Source: Xylographa opegraphella (Eukaryota). From it: a stretch of DNA of 64,000 bases. Of the stretch, positions 13,344 to 27,092 are shown piece after piece; positions within the stretch are counted from its first letter, which is position 1, and each line of letters opens with the position of its first letter. Location: positions 372,001 through 436,000 of the forward strand of contig JALDZX010000007.1 in assembly GCA_022813865.1 (NCBI GenBank). The letters run 5' to 3'. The notes under the pieces were generated by a model that worked only from the letters and a program-made list of their open reading frames with translations, was not told where the DNA came from and searched no databases. The translations under genes and the position numbers were made by a program.

Positions 13344-14227
13344 GTTTAATTCCGATGATGTGAAAATAAATTCTCTATAATTGGAGCACGTATGAGTCGT
13401 GGTAGAGATACACAATTATTAGGTGCTCAAACGAGCTTGTAAAGGAAGGACGTGCTTACGTAGAGCTGTTTCGGGCAGATGCTGGCAAATCCTTCTCCAA
13501 TTGTCAGAGGCGAGAATTCGAGAGCAGATTAGGTCGACGGGTTATGACACGAACAGAACGTTTGTTGTAGTGGAGGTCTTCCACGTTGCGATTTGACGAT
13601 AGAGCTGAGAATTGACGAGAGTGCCAATGTTGATATGGAGCAATGGTGATAAGTGATTGGTAGCCTGGGTTTGTAAGAGTATACTGACTGTTTGTGGAAA
13701 AGACGCTTCAGCAACGGGGATAGAGAAATACTTATACCTTTCTGGGAGCCACTCTTCGCCGCATGATTTACTCCTATCAAGAGTTTCTCTAGCAGCTTCC
13801 ACGGGCTCATTCATGGCAGTGGCGAGGTAGTATTCCCGGATATGCTCACATCATGTTCAAACGGGAAGCGTTAAAAAGCTAGAAACGTGTGGCGGCGCGT
13901 TCACGAAGCTCTTCATAGTCACTGCCTGAACCGGATATATCTCCGCCAAACCATAAGTAAATTTCGCAGTTCGACTCCCATTTGAAAGCCCGTCCGACGA
14001 TGCCTGAGTACCCACAGCAACAAGAATTGTAAAGTCTTCCGAGTAGAAAAAGTCGATGAATACTTTACACCTCAGTGATCAAGCGCTGACATATGCGGAG
14101 AGATATTCAATTCAACAGTGAGGATTATCATCATGCAACAAGCCATGTTTAAGAATATGTTCACATTACTTCCGTGAATGATGCATATCCCTCATCCTAC
14201 AGTCAATTTTCTTGCTTTCGTTGGTAT

Positions 14228-15686
14228 TTACAACTTCTCAATGATAGCATTCGCATACTCGTGTGTCTTCGCCTTGCCACCCAGGTCGCCCGTCAAGAAC
14301 TGCATCAATTAGCAATTTACACTGCTTGAGAGTGCAAGATCTTACCTTGCCCTCCGCCATTGTATCGAAAATAGCCTTTTGTATTCTATTCGCGTGATCG
14401 TTCAAACCCATGTGCTGGAGCATCATAATACTACTAAGTAAAAGAGCTGTAGGATTCGCAAGTCCTTTCCCAGCAATATCGGGCGCCGAGCCGTGGACAG
14501 CCTCGAAGATGGAGCACTCATCTCCAATATTCCCGGACGGTGTCAGACCCAGCCCGCCAATCAACCCAGCACACATATCTGATAGTATATCACCATAAAG
14601 ATTGGGCATTACAAGGACCTTGTCTGCATATGGCGTAGGATCTGTGACAATCTTTAGGCAAGTGTTGTCCAATAATTCTGCATCAAATTCTATATTTGGA
14701 AAATCCTTGCTGACCAGCTTCGCGGTGCCCAAGAAAAGTCCGTCGGACATCTTCATAATGGTGGCTTTGTGGACTACCCGAACCTTTTTCTTCCCAGTCT
14801 CTTCGGCGTACTGAAATGCGAAGCGTAGTACACGTTCGGACGCAGCTCGTGTGATAAGTTTGATGCTTTGAACAACTCCATCAACGACAATATGCTCGAT
14901 ACCCGAGTATTCCCCCTCGGTGTTCTCTCGGATAAGCACAGTGTTCACATTGTCATATGGCGTCTTGTAGCCCGCGATCGACTTGCAGGGACGGACATTG
15001 GCGAAAAGGTTGAAAGTGCGGCGTAAGGTAAGATTGAGAGAGACATGTCCTTTGCCAATTGGAGTCTAGCAGACTGAATCAATATCTTCGCCAGAATCGC
15101 TTAGAGGTGATGGTCACTCACTGCCAGCGGACCTTTCAGAGCTACGTAGTTTTTCTTAACGCTCTCGATTGCTGCGTCGGGTATGACGGTTCTTCCATCT
15201 TTGAGTTGTGGTGTGACGTCGACGGGTTCCCATTTGATAGGTGTCTATCGAGCGTGAGCGACCACAGCACAGATAACATGGCGATAACATGGCGATAACA
15301 TGGCGATAACAGTACCTTTGCAGCTGCGAAAATCTCTTTGACCGATTGTGATATTTCTGGTCCAATACCGTCACCCTCAATTAGGGTCACGGTGTAGTTG
15401 CCCTAAACAAAACCAATCTTGTTTAGACTGCTCTTCAACGAAACATGATCGAATGAAAGCTCGACGCTGGGATCATACATCGCTGCCTTTCTGGCCCTTG
15501 AATTTTGCAACCTTGTCCTTTTCTGCAACGTAAGTCCTGTATTGCGGCTGACAATAATCAATCAGCTTGAGACGGAAAGTGTAGCAGCTGCTTTACCTTG
15601 GTCATTAAGGATATCCATTGTTGCAGCGCGTTCCTTTTTGTGAGGCAATGCCGCGAAGTAGTGGCTAAAGAGCGACAAGCAAGCAT
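14228..15686 (-). CDS. IDH2: Mitochondrial NAD-dependent isocitrate dehydrogenase subunit 2
   Basis: Basic presequence [13 protein letters not shown], then [87 protein letters not shown] and [14 protein letters not shown]. The last exon [23 protein letters not shown] ends at 14228. Confidence 0.95.
15272..15311. repeat. 11-bp tandem repeat (GATAACATGGC x about 3.6) in an IDH2 intron
   Basis: Read directly: gataacatggc gataacatggc gataacatggc gataaca, next to the intron 5' donor. Confidence 0.9.
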
Positions 15687-16029
15687 CTCGAGCACCGTTA
15701 TAGGGATTGTGGATGCTCGCGGTACAATGCAATGAAATCGTAAAGTTTGAGCTTTGGAGTGCAAGGTTGATGTCCCAATGGCTTTGACCAAAAGCAAATC
15801 ATCATCGGCAAGCTCTAGCTATGACATGCATAAACTATATCTTATGCACAAGCACAAACCTCATGGCGCTATGCAGGGTGAGCTCCGGGCTCAACTGGCC
15901 GATGTTGATTGGATCTATTTGTCTCTAGATGATCTACAAATCAAGAGTTGCTGAAAGAATCTAGAGCGGTGCATCGCATCTGGTAGTAATCGATAATAGA
16001 GGGAAAGTCTGCCAGTCTCCCGGACTATC

Positions 16030-19000
16030 ATGGCGAGCCAGACGCGAATGATTCTTAATCACTACAACATCACATCCCCATTTCCAACTGAATGGCCTGT
16101 AGAGAAGGATGAGAGTGACGTGTCTGAAGATGACGAGCTCCCAAAGAATGTTTCTGGCTTGCGCGCTGCATCGCATTCAAGAGCCGCCTCACACTCTCGT
16201 GCAGCGTCACAATCCAATATCCGCCGTTCTAGATCAAGATATTCTGTTCTCGAACGCAGCGGTACCGACCGGCGTAGCCTTGTTCCCGGCTCCGAGAAGA
16301 CAAGAGATGGGGTGGAGAACCTTGTACAGAGAGATGAAGCAGATCCTTTGGGGGGCACAGACAGTGTTGTGAGAGTGCTCAAACAAAAAGGCCTTCCTGT
16401 AGAGGAAGATCAGCGGCTTCGTAAGAAACTCCTTGCGCCTATCCAATACAAGCTAAAAAGTTGAAGGGAACCGTTTTCTCTTGTCGTCAACTACATTTGC
16501 ACCATCATTATTTCTCGCACAGGTCCATTCGGATACACCCACTATAGCACTACTGCAAGGACTTGAATATCTTTCACGTTCAATTGATCAGAAATCAGCC
16601 TCTCTGAAAGTGCTTGTAGAATCGAATTTCGAACGATTCGTTCGGGCAAAGAGCACCATCGACGATGTATACACCGAAATGCGAAACCAGGGGGTCGATC
16701 CGGAACCGGACAAAAGTCGGCCGCATTCACGCCATGCCAGCAGAACCAGCGTTCATCTTCGGAATAGTAGTGGTCAGGGACTTCCTACTCCTCGCAGGGC
16801 AAGTTATAAGCCCCTCGTTAATGACAAGAAAAAGCACGCTTTGACAAAGGAGAGTGAATATGGAGTTCAGGGTATCAAAGTCCCCCTTATAGAGGTTTCT
16901 GTGAAGGCCGAAGAGCTATGGAGTCCCGCTCTGGGCGGGAGAGATAAGGAGAATAGCCTCAGAATGGTTCTTGAGTCGGTCGAAGCCCACCAAGGGCTGC
17001 TCCAGTTGAATACAGAAATTTCCGAGGCGATCAAGCGGAAAGACTATGACAATCTTGTGAAAGAATATACCAGAGCACGCAAATATGCGGATGAGGCTCG
17101 CGCTATAGCTGCTAGAGCTGTACAAAACTCGACCCAACTTACTGACCCTCAGATCCATCAGATAGTCATGACTGGTCGGATGTGGTCGGAGGTTGAGGAG
17201 CAGATTGACGGTTTTAAGCGTGACGTGTGGAGAAACCTGACTAGTGTGCAAGCAAATCTGGCTATGTCTACAGACCGTAGTCATCGGGACGACCATGTAG
17301 CTCTGATAAGTGTTCTTCTGGAGCTCGGGGTGGAGGATAACCCGATATGGGTCTGGCTTCTAAGTCGCTATGATTACCTGAAGAACAAGATCAATTTTAT
17401 ATTTGAAAGGTCAAGGGTGGAGATCGAGGTGCTCAGGCGTCGAGTTGCCCTCGCTGATAAACCAAGTCTGTTTGCCTCTGCTATACACCTGAAGAGTCCT
17501 GCGCGGCCGAACATGACGGAGCGATTGAAACATCTGGATACAGGCCCGGTCTTGGAATTGTGGGATCTGATCATTTACGCTATGAACAATCTTCTTTCTT
17601 TGCAAGGTGGCGTTCTGGGCGAGGTTGTAGACTTTTGGGAGAAGGCGCAGTCCTTTATCGATGGCAAAGCGCAGAGGGCACTGCCCACGGGGATCGATGG
17701 CAGTAGTCGGAAGCACCACAGACTATCATTTGACGGGGTAAGAGATCTACAGAGCGGGGCTGTCGAACTCGTCGAGATACTACGAGAGCACATATTCTCC
17801 TTTTTCGCGGATCCGCCGATTGAGGATGTGTCCTTGTTGTTTTCACCACTACCTACCGACGACCCGAAAACTCCTCGATCCGCCACCTTATCGCCTCTTT
17901 CCAAACTTGATCATCGTTTCCAGCATGATCTTCTGAGCCCTCCACCACCGTCCCCAAGGAAAGGCGAAGCGTGGGAAGAGTTCGCATTCTGGCCCCCCTA
18001 TGCCAACTCCCTTAGTGGAGTACATTATCTGGGAAAACTCCTGGCTCTATTGGGTACAGCTGCAAGCGAAATGGCGCTGATCCGGCCTGTAGCAACGGGA
18101 GGTTCGACGGTGGAAAAGCTCAAGATGTTGCTTAGTGCTGTACGAGAGCGCTCTGCGAGAGCTATATGTGCCTCGTGGAGCACGGATGCCGAAACCTGCA
18201 AAGTTCTGGAAGACTGGACCCGTGACGTCGACAGTCGAGACATTACGCAAATGCCTTCCCTCTTCTCGGCTTTCGAGACCTTCGTGCTTTCGGGAACGCA
18301 GAAGGTATTATACATTTCAGATGCTACGGTCCCCAAACGGGCCTCTGCAGATGTCATCACTCCTCCACCCAACAAGCTCCTTCAAATGGTGCGGAGTCAA
18401 TTTGTGACGAGTCTTTACAAAACCCTGTCTGGCATGGTTGAAAATGCTGAAAGACCCGTGAACCTGAATCAGAACTCGTGGACATCTGAGCGAGATTCTG
18501 TCGCAGGCTATAAACCGAGCAGGTCATCCATCGACGCCAGCAGGGACACGGTGGACGTCAGCAACAGGGTAGGTGGCACTTTCCCTATCCCAATCGTAAA
18601 CCGCTTAACCTCTCTTTAGAACCTCCGCATGCTCCTCACCCTCAGCAACCTCAAAGCCCTCCGCAGCACCATTGTCCCCCAGCTAATCTCCCAATTCGAA
18701 ACCGACTTCTCCGTCAAGCTCACCGAAGAGTCGAAAACCATCCACGACGTCCTCTCCCAGATCGACATCCGCCTCTTCCAATCTTACACGCGGCCCCTTG
18801 CCGACAAGCTCTCCTCCCTCGTCACCGCCGGTATCTCATCCCCGGCCTGGATCCCCACCACCGGCCGCCCCACCGAAGTCCGGCCGTACGTGTACGAAGC
18901 CCTGCTCCTCCTCGTGTACGTCCACACCGAAGTCTCCTCCACCGCCGCCCCACTCACCACCCACATCCTGGCGCACCTCCTCGAGCAGCTTTCCAGCGCT

Positions 19001-19288
19001 CTGCTGGAAGCCTTCCGCACACGCTCGCGCTACTCCCTGCCGGCGTTGATGCAGGCCACCCTGGACGTCGAGTTCGTGGCGCAGACCCTGAACCAGTATA
19101 CCACCGACGCGGCGAGCAAGACGCAGAGCCAGATCTACGTGGAGCTCGATCGCGGCACCGATAACAGCGCGCGGCTGAAGCTGCAGAGCGAGCTGCCGGA
19201 GATGCGGGCCACGCTGAAGCGGCTGCGGGAAGGGACCAGGAACGAGTTTGCGTGCTTCAAGCAGCCGAAGGCCAGCGGGGGCAGGTAG
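16030..19288 (+). CDS. SEC5: Exocyst complex component Sec5
   Basis: Three exons (ORFs 16030-, 16481-, 18629-19288). Motifs FLAQVH...LSRSIDQKSASLKVLVESNFERFVRAKSTIDDVY, RMLLTLSNLKALR, EVRPYVYEALLLLVYVH and LMQATLDVEFVAQTL match fungal Sec5. Confidence 0.92.
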
Positions 19289-19660
19289 GGAAGGGTGGGT
19301 GGATGTCTCTATCTAAGCTGGATTGGCCAACGCTGCACACGGTCATGCTGCTCGCTCTCCTGGCGTTGAAGTGAACAGAAGCTAAAGAGGTTAGTAAGCA
19401 AGTACGGAATTACCTATATTGTACGATTTAAGCGAGCAGTTGTCACGAGAGCACGATGAGCAAAATATGACCATCCGATTGTTGCGTGCACATCTGATTG
19501 GTCTTTACTCAAACATCCCACCACATGAGGGTATCACAAGAGCCAGAATGCAACGCAGATGCCAAAAAATCGCAAAATTCTGTCATCCAGCCCAAAACTC
19601 ATCATCTATCTACAAATGCAAGTCCGCCGGTGCAAGTCTGTGCGTACTCATACAAACCCG

Positions 19661-21212
19661 TCACGGGTATAGCACCTGCCTCTGCTGCGAGCTCGCCAGA
19701 CCGTCATCCTCGCTACTGCTGCTATCTTCCGACGCCATACGGTCGAGGACCTTGTCGATGTTCTCGTCCGTTTGGAGACTCACCGAATCCAGAAAGCCCG
19801 GTTTCCTTGGCGACAGGGGAATGGAGTCGTCGTCAATGAAGCCGACGTGCCTCTCGGCCGCAAGAAAATTGTTGCGGAGCGGTGTGCCGGGTAGCTGGCT
19901 ATTCGTCGGGTGGCGCTGCGAGTTCCCTGGGCTCGACATGAAGAGCAGGGTCTCGATGGCATCTTTCTCTCTGGCTGTTGCGCTAGGGGTCGTTTTGATG
20001 GATGGAGGACGCTTCTGAGGCGGTGTAGCCGGAATTGTAGAGCGCGTTGACGACGTGGATGAGGCGCTAAGATTACTGTGGTTTCGGCCACCGTTGAGGT
20101 ACAGGGCCGAAGCCTGAGAATTCAATTGATCGGAACGGCGAGGATTACGCGGCGCAAAGTCCACCGGCGGTGCTAGGGACGGGCCTCGCTCGCTCGAAGT
20201 CGTCTGGTATTGGGTGTTTGGTCGGCGAAAGTCGTCTCTCGGATGAAGAGAGGGCGGGTAGGAGGGTTTAGCACGTTGTGCATAAATATCTTCGCGGCTG
20301 TACTTTCCTTGGTATTTTGGGGGAAAGGCCAGAGAGGGGGCAGTGGTGCGTTCGGATGACTCTACAAAGCCGGTTGGTTCACGCCGAATTGGTGTCCTGT
20401 CAGGGCGTGGAGAACGTAAAGGCTGTTTCGGGCTGACAATGTAGCCTTGAGTTGATGCAAGACTTTCCACCTCGTCAATGGTTCTTGTCTCCCAACCATT
20501 TTGAACTTTGATCATAGCATATGAAAGCCTTGTGCGCAGTTTGTCTGATAACTAAAGAAAGGTGAGCCATCGATGGAAAACGGTAAGATAATCTTACACA
20601 CCTCGTTGATCTGGCTGCCAGCTGATGTTGTACTTGTGTTCCTAGAATGGCTCTTTCCACGGACTTCAACCGGAGAAGTAGCGAGGCTCGAACTTGCACT
20701 CTTGACATGCCCACTGGCATTTCGTTTCTGGCCATGGACAGCATCTGGGGCCCATCCTACCTGAGATTCGTCGCCTCTATGGTGTGTGGTCAACGTTGGT
20801 TGCAATCGAGCATTGCCGTCCTTGGCCGTCGAATCCTGGCTTGAGCGGTGGATGCCTACCAATGCGGCGGCGGGACTTCCGCCGGTCGAGCGCGCTTGGC
20901 TCGGTGAGGAAGCGGCTTGTGGTTGCTGAGTATGGTCTATTGAAGATTGCGACGTGTCTTGTGAGGTTGGGGCCTCTTTGGATTCTTGACTTGGAATCGA
21001 ATTCTGGGATGAAGAGGCTTGGGAATTGGGCTCTATTCCGAGAATAACGTTGTGATCGAGCGTGACATTGTCATCGAGTTGGTTGACGGCAATATCTGAC
21101 CTTGAATTAGAATGTCATTGTATCGGAATCCTGCAGACGTTGCAATGATGTAGATATTCTTACCTCCGCCATGCCCCGCCGTGACCAATCCTGCAGCGCG
21201 CATCATCTGCAT
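19661..21212 (-). CDS. Whi5/Nrm1-like G1/S transcriptional repressor domain protein
   Basis: Splicing ORF 20512-20862 into 19661-20515 gives SQINE|LSDKLRTRLSYAMIKVQNGWETRTIDEVE, the Whi5-family motif. There are many SP/TP sites and a C-terminal EKDAIETLLFMSSP. The start (ATG 21212 plus one intron) is tentative. Confidence 0.75.
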
Positions 21213-21985
21213 GCAAGTGCAGGTGCCGGAAAGGCAACCACTGAAGACCTCTGGAACGTGCAAAAAACAAGTAGAGTACCAATTCTCTGTCTTGTGTGTC
21301 TTGGGCCTGGACGCGATGCAGTCGGAGTGTTTGCAATTTCCGCGCAACGGATGACGATTCAACGCAATATGCGACCCTGTTCTTCGTCTTTGCCCTGACC
21401 ACAGCGGAAGCCCAATGATCACGAGGAGAAAGGAGAGGCGACAACAAACTCCTTCGAGGCGACAATGGTGGTGGGGATGCAAGGTCCTCCGCACTCTCTG
21501 GCTCGATCAATACCGTCGACGTGACCTCGCGATGAGCATCAGACAGACTACGTGTTAGTGGGGCCACACTAAAACGCGACGCCGCCCGAGTCCGCTTGGG
21601 GCCTAGCGTGTGGATCCGCCAATGGCTCGAATGGTTACCTTCTATGTTGTTTGTTTCCTTCTTCCTCGGGTCAACCTCATTCTCCTGTATCCGATATAGG
21701 TTACCCCGAATAGTTCGACGAGTCTTGGAATTCCTTTAACCCAGATTCTCAATGCTAGTCATACCCAGTACTTCAAGTAGAATCTATCCAGGATGTTGGT
21801 CCATTTATAAGTACACCCTCGAAGGATGCCAGTATATTGAGCTCACAGGAGTTATTATGCACGCCAATTTTAGCCTCCAATACGACAAAAGAGTCTAATC
21901 CAGTTTCTCCTGATAAAAGTAGACCATGACAACCACCATCCAGGGGCTAGCTATTTCGCTCGATATTTCGCCTCACTGAGCAGCC

Positions 21986-23073
21986 TCAACCGCGAAAATG
22001 GGACCCATCGTTCAGCTCAAGTTTCGCTGCTCCGTCGCCTCTGTTGCCTCCGTGAATGATATTTGCAGCCCCCCAGCTCTTTCCAAAAATCAGGCCCGGA
22101 TGCGCAACGGTCAGAGTTATTGAAGCGATGGTAACCATTGCACCTTCCAGAATCATGAAGGGAACCTCCTCATTCGCAAGGCTGCCATTGAAGCCGCCTT
22201 GTAATTCGGCAACACGGAAGCAAGACCGTATATAGATGGTGAGTGTCGCCAATCCCAGAGCTAGAACCACGTTCTCGTGTTAGTTGGGGACCAGCCGCAA
22301 TTCAAGGCGTCAAGACTTACCGTAGAGGAAGCCGTGGAACCTGGCTCTCGAGCTGATGATTTGTAATGGTGCCCCAATATTTCGAGCCTTTCGCACGTTC
22401 CAGGCAAAGTCGAAACAGAGTAAAACGAACAGAGTCAAAGAGACCACTTGAAACGACAACCCTGCTATCATGATGTTGATGCCGGTCTGTTCTTGCGCTG
22501 GCGTCCGAGCTGTGTCTGCCATGCCACCCCCTGTGGCCTGCAATACGAGAGAAAAAATGTCGCAGCAAATAAAAAAGATAGTGTAAGTTCGTGGTGCGAA
22601 GCGCGCATATTGTCTGCCGTAAACGACAATGATCCGAGCTAGGCAGAGGTATATTGCTGCTGTAAGGAAGACAGGGCCGATTGTTAAGCAAATCAAATAG
22701 CTGGACGGTAGATTGTCAGCAGTCACATTCACTTGGCATCGTATGAGCTGCTGACAACTTACATAAGAAACGGATTGCTCAGAAAGGGATTAAAATGCAT
22801 TTGAACTCGGGCGGCATATCCGATGATTTCAAGAACCAGTCCACCAATTAAGGACCCCATGAAACCCCAGGTCCGGTAGCGGATGCCGAGAAGAACGTGA
22901 ACGAAGAGGAGCACGATGAAGATGGTAAGGTATAGAGCATTGCCTGCCAAACTTGGATCGTAGTGTACTTGAGCATATTTGATCGGACAAGTGGACAGCG
23001 TGCAATCATTGATATTGAACTTCGTAGAATTGGCTGCGGCCGAGGGGCTGGGACTGGTCAAGTTGAGCGACAT
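21986..23073 (-). CDS. RTA1/Rsb1-like lipid-translocating exporter (7-TM)
   Basis: Three exons containing [62 protein letters not shown] and [30 protein letters not shown], all typical RTA1 motifs. Confidence 0.92.
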
Positions 23074-23762
23074 TGCTGAGGGCTTTGCAAGAATTTTGGT
23101 GATGAAAATGAGAGCTGTCGAGGGAAACCGTGAAAGCAAAGGAGAATAGAATGGTCAAAGATAGCAAGAATGACCACAGCGGCGAGCAGCAACTTTATAA
23201 TATTCGGTGTCCAAGCCTTGTACACGGGCTTGGTTTGGATTATTATAGTAGATGCTCTCATTCGTCCATTCGTAACATACAGCCTTGTGAGCGAGAATGC
23301 GTGGCAATAAAGCGAAATCATTTTTATGGCTGGTAACAGTATTGAGGGACGGGCAGTCCATACGAAGGAACCAATAACCTTCGAGCTATGTATATCTCGG
23401 AGTGGTAGGGTCACCACGCAGGCCAATTCCGACATGTGAACTGGATTTTGGCAGAAGAAGCGTGTTTCGTAGAGGTACGTTAATGCTGCCTACCATAGGT
23501 GCTTACCAGAGGTGCCTAGTTGTGGTCAATTGTTACCTCCTACTTCTATCTCTATCTCGACGTCGGATTCAGCTGGCACTAACCCCATTCGTCGTGCTAC
23601 GCGTAGCTATGCACCACTTTTTACGAGCCAACCAATCACAGCAATGTTCACACGCCGCCTCCGTGCCTGGCCAGATCAGGTCAGGGAGTTCGCCCTGTAT
23701 GTGATCGAACGACTTGAGTAGCAATCTGTCATGCTTCTCCCAATTCTCTACCGTCCGGCGCG

Positions 23763-25530
23763 ATGTGTTCCACAGCAGCCGCAAAGACCAAGAGAACGAG
23801 GGCCAGTGTTCCCAAGGTTAGGACGGGATGCCGTACCTGCAAGTAAGCCAGTCATTTCCCGTAGGACGCAGTAGAGACTTCTGTTCACCATGTATCTGGG
23901 CTCTTGGACTAGCTTCAGTGTTTCCCCTCGTGTCCTGCCTAAAGAATATGATCTGCTATCCCTCAAAGCTCCTTTCATTTTCAATGCGGTTCGCTGCCCT
24001 TTTACCCGAAGTTTGACTAGCTAAACTCTACCTAGGATACGGCATGTCAAATGTGACGAGCAAAAGCCCGCTTGTGAAAGGTGCTCTTCAACAGGTCGGG
24101 TCTGTGATGGTTATGCCGTCGGCGCAAGTGCGCAGTCTGCTCTGGTGAAGAAGTTGCGAAGCGTATCCCTCGGACAGTCCGTCTGCTTAAACAGTCCAAG
24201 TGTATCTGTTCCCGGAAACGAGAAGGAGCGTCGAGCCTTCGACTTCTTCCGCTTCCAAACATTACATGAACTCGAGATTTCGTTGAACGCGCCAGACTGG
24301 AACCGCCTTATCCTCCAGGCCAGCCACAGTAACCCGGTCATCCGCAATGCTGCTGTTGCACTTGGTTCGCTTGGTGAGCGCTTTTATATCAACGAAGTTT
24401 CGACCCTAAGCAATGCAGCCGCAAACTCCTCTCATGTCTACGCACGGTTACAATACCAGAAGGCTTTGGGGGGCCTTCGTGATTGCCTTTGCAATAAAGG
24501 AGAGTCTACCGTCGGCCTGACACTGCTCTCCTGCTTCATGTTTGTCGTGTTCGAATTCATGCAAGGCAATGAGGGAGCTGCTCTCACTCATCTACGAAGT
24601 GGCTTGAAGATCATACGCGGCTTTCAACCCGGGTCCGGCAACGTCCCAATCACGGGGAATGATATCTACCTGTCGCACCGGAATTCGGATCCCTTGATGG
24701 CCATGGTAGCAAGAATCTATATGGTCCTCGACATGCAAGCGACGCTATGGTTAGGGTTAAGCACATTCGAGGCCCAAGGAACGGCGCCTGATGGCATCCC
24801 TATCGCTCCTACCGAAGTGGAAGACTTCACTAGCTTAGAAACAGCCATAGCATCTCTTAACTATCAAGTTGGGGAAATACTATTCTTCCGTCGCTCTTTA
24901 CCGCCTGGAGGTACATGGAACTCAGTGGAAACCGAATACGTCACTGCGGCGAAAGAGCGCGAAAGGCTTCTGACACAGCTTGATAAATGGCCGATAGCTA
25001 TCAAGGTCTTGCTGCTTAAAATAAGGGCAGTGCTCGAAACCAGAGACCTCCAGAGAGTCACTGTGATGACTATCAATCACAAGATCACAAGGATGGCGCT
25101 CTGGGTCAGTATGCAGCACAACGAAGCCGAGCTTTTTCACAGCTTCGAGAACGACTTCGAGGATATCATTCGACTTGCCACATCATTGCTCCAGCCTTCC
25201 GTGTCCTCGACAGACGGTAAAGTCGACCCAGTTTCCCGGTTGGTGCGCCCTTTGGATGGTAACGGCCCAATGCCTATCTTCCACTTCTTTAATGGAATCA
25301 TCCAACCCGTGTATTTCACAGCAGTCAAGTGCCGCAATCGCGCTTTGTCTCGGAGGGCGATAACGATGCTGTCCACTTCGCCGTGGCGAGAAGGAGCGTG
25401 GGACAGCGCTGCGATGGCCAAGATTGCAGAACGGAAGGTCCTACAATTGGAGGCCGAGGGCTGGTACGACACTTCGCGATGCCTTTCACAGCCAGCGTCT
25501 GTCTTTGGTGAGGGTTCAATCGACTCATAG
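23763..25530 (+). CDS. Zn(II)2Cys6 transcription factor
   Basis: Exon 1 MCSTAAAKTKRTRASVPKVRTGCRTCK, then an intron, then IRHVKCDEQKPACERCSSTGRVCDGY, giving a complete binuclear cluster. It continues into ORF 24145-25530 (ERRAFDFFR, AAVALGSL, AVKCRNRALSRRAITML, WREGAWDS). Confidence 0.92.
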
Positions 25531-27092
25531 AGTGTGGGAAGTGATTGATCCGAGTATTGGCAGCGTCCGCCGAATAAAGAATCTCATTTCTGCCGTGGTT
25601 GTAGAATGGGCCATGGCCATGTTACTGATCAATATCCCACCTCCTGAAGTCTTCCACAGCTTGGTTCTGTTATCGTATAGTGAGTCACTTTGGTTAGCGT
25701 GTAAGAGTATGAAGGTACATTGTTTTAGATAGATCATTGTGATACTGGGGGAAAGGGGCCTCTGCAGCTAGTCCTAGAGCCGAACCGGCTTAGCGTGCCT
25801 TCCGCGTGAAATGTCTTTGATTACGGCGCAAGCACTTCTCGAAAGAAGGAGGGTTGTATTTTGCTTCTGTAAAGCGCTTCAACAATAACTTAATACTGAA
25901 TCTCGCAGAATAATCATACCTTTGGCGTCGTGCTTCTCATCAGACGTGATAATCCATGTTCAATAAAGCTCGCAAACATTCTTGGACTTGATTGGGTGGT
26001 CTTTCTCCCTCGCACTCGAAAACTGTCTGGCCCATGGCATTATATCAACGTTGCTTGAACCATTCTTCCATCGAAATGTGTATTGCAAGGGTATGAGCAC
26101 CGGTCGATTGAAGATTCGCCTAGTCGAAGCCAACTGTTTACTGATGAAGAGTTACAATGACTTTACGACGTCGGATGAATTATAACATCAAGTCCATCCT
26201 TGGGTCTGAGCATCTGGTATGTCGTCGGATGAAGAGGATTCTTCGATGCGAAAATGTCGTCTGAAGTGCTCTCTGCGACAGAGCTACTGATCATGGAATA
26301 TATATATTTGACACTGGCACTTTCAATGTCCTTTTGGACGATCATGCGCATCTCGACAGCCTATCGAGGACTACCACTTGTTATGCTCCTTGAGCTTCAG
26401 ATAGCGTAGTTCCATCGTCTATTGGTCTTTACACAGGGCATGATCTCTGGCCTCTGTTCGGCTCTACCTCAATATGCTTTCAGGTTTGCATTTCCATATT
26501 TTCTAATGAGTTCGGAATCGGTGCTCCTATTGGACAGACCTAAAACCTTGTTGTGTGGGTGAGCTGTTGAGGCATCGGAGAGTGCGCCTGGTTATCTAGG
26601 GAGGCTATGGCCTGCTTTGATGCTCATTACTATCGATCTCCTCAACGCTACTTTCCGTCCTATTTACCCATGATCACGCTGCCTTGCTGATATATAGGGC
26701 CCCTAGCTTGGTATCAGTTACACATCTGCGGGGAATGAATTCAAGCATATCAAGCGAGGAGGAGGAGTGGACCATATAGCAGCCGATACAGTGAACTTTG
26801 AAACTTGCACATGACAGTACTTGCAGATTGAAAGCGATCTTAGCGTTATCAGTGGTAACTCGTCCTGATGACTTTCCTTTCACAATCGTGGGTGGATTAA
26901 GCTTCGACCTGTCAGAAGCCGCTGAATCGTATTGCGTATGATGAGTTGCCTTAATCTTCCTTCTGTGAATCAAGACTCTCATCCTGATTGCCATTGCAGT
27001 GAATTCTCTCTTAGCGTGCCTTGTATCATTCATAGAACGACATAGAAATCTTCCTCCATTGAGTTTCGTTCTTCCTTCAATCTCACTCTTTG

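Noticed and set aside
19419..20018. 199-aa plus-strand ORF
   Set aside because: It is antisense to the GC-rich 3' end of the Whi5-like gene and has no motif.
25900..26700. Possible decayed gene on the minus strand
   Set aside because: Only short frames with no recognisable motif or consistent splice model.
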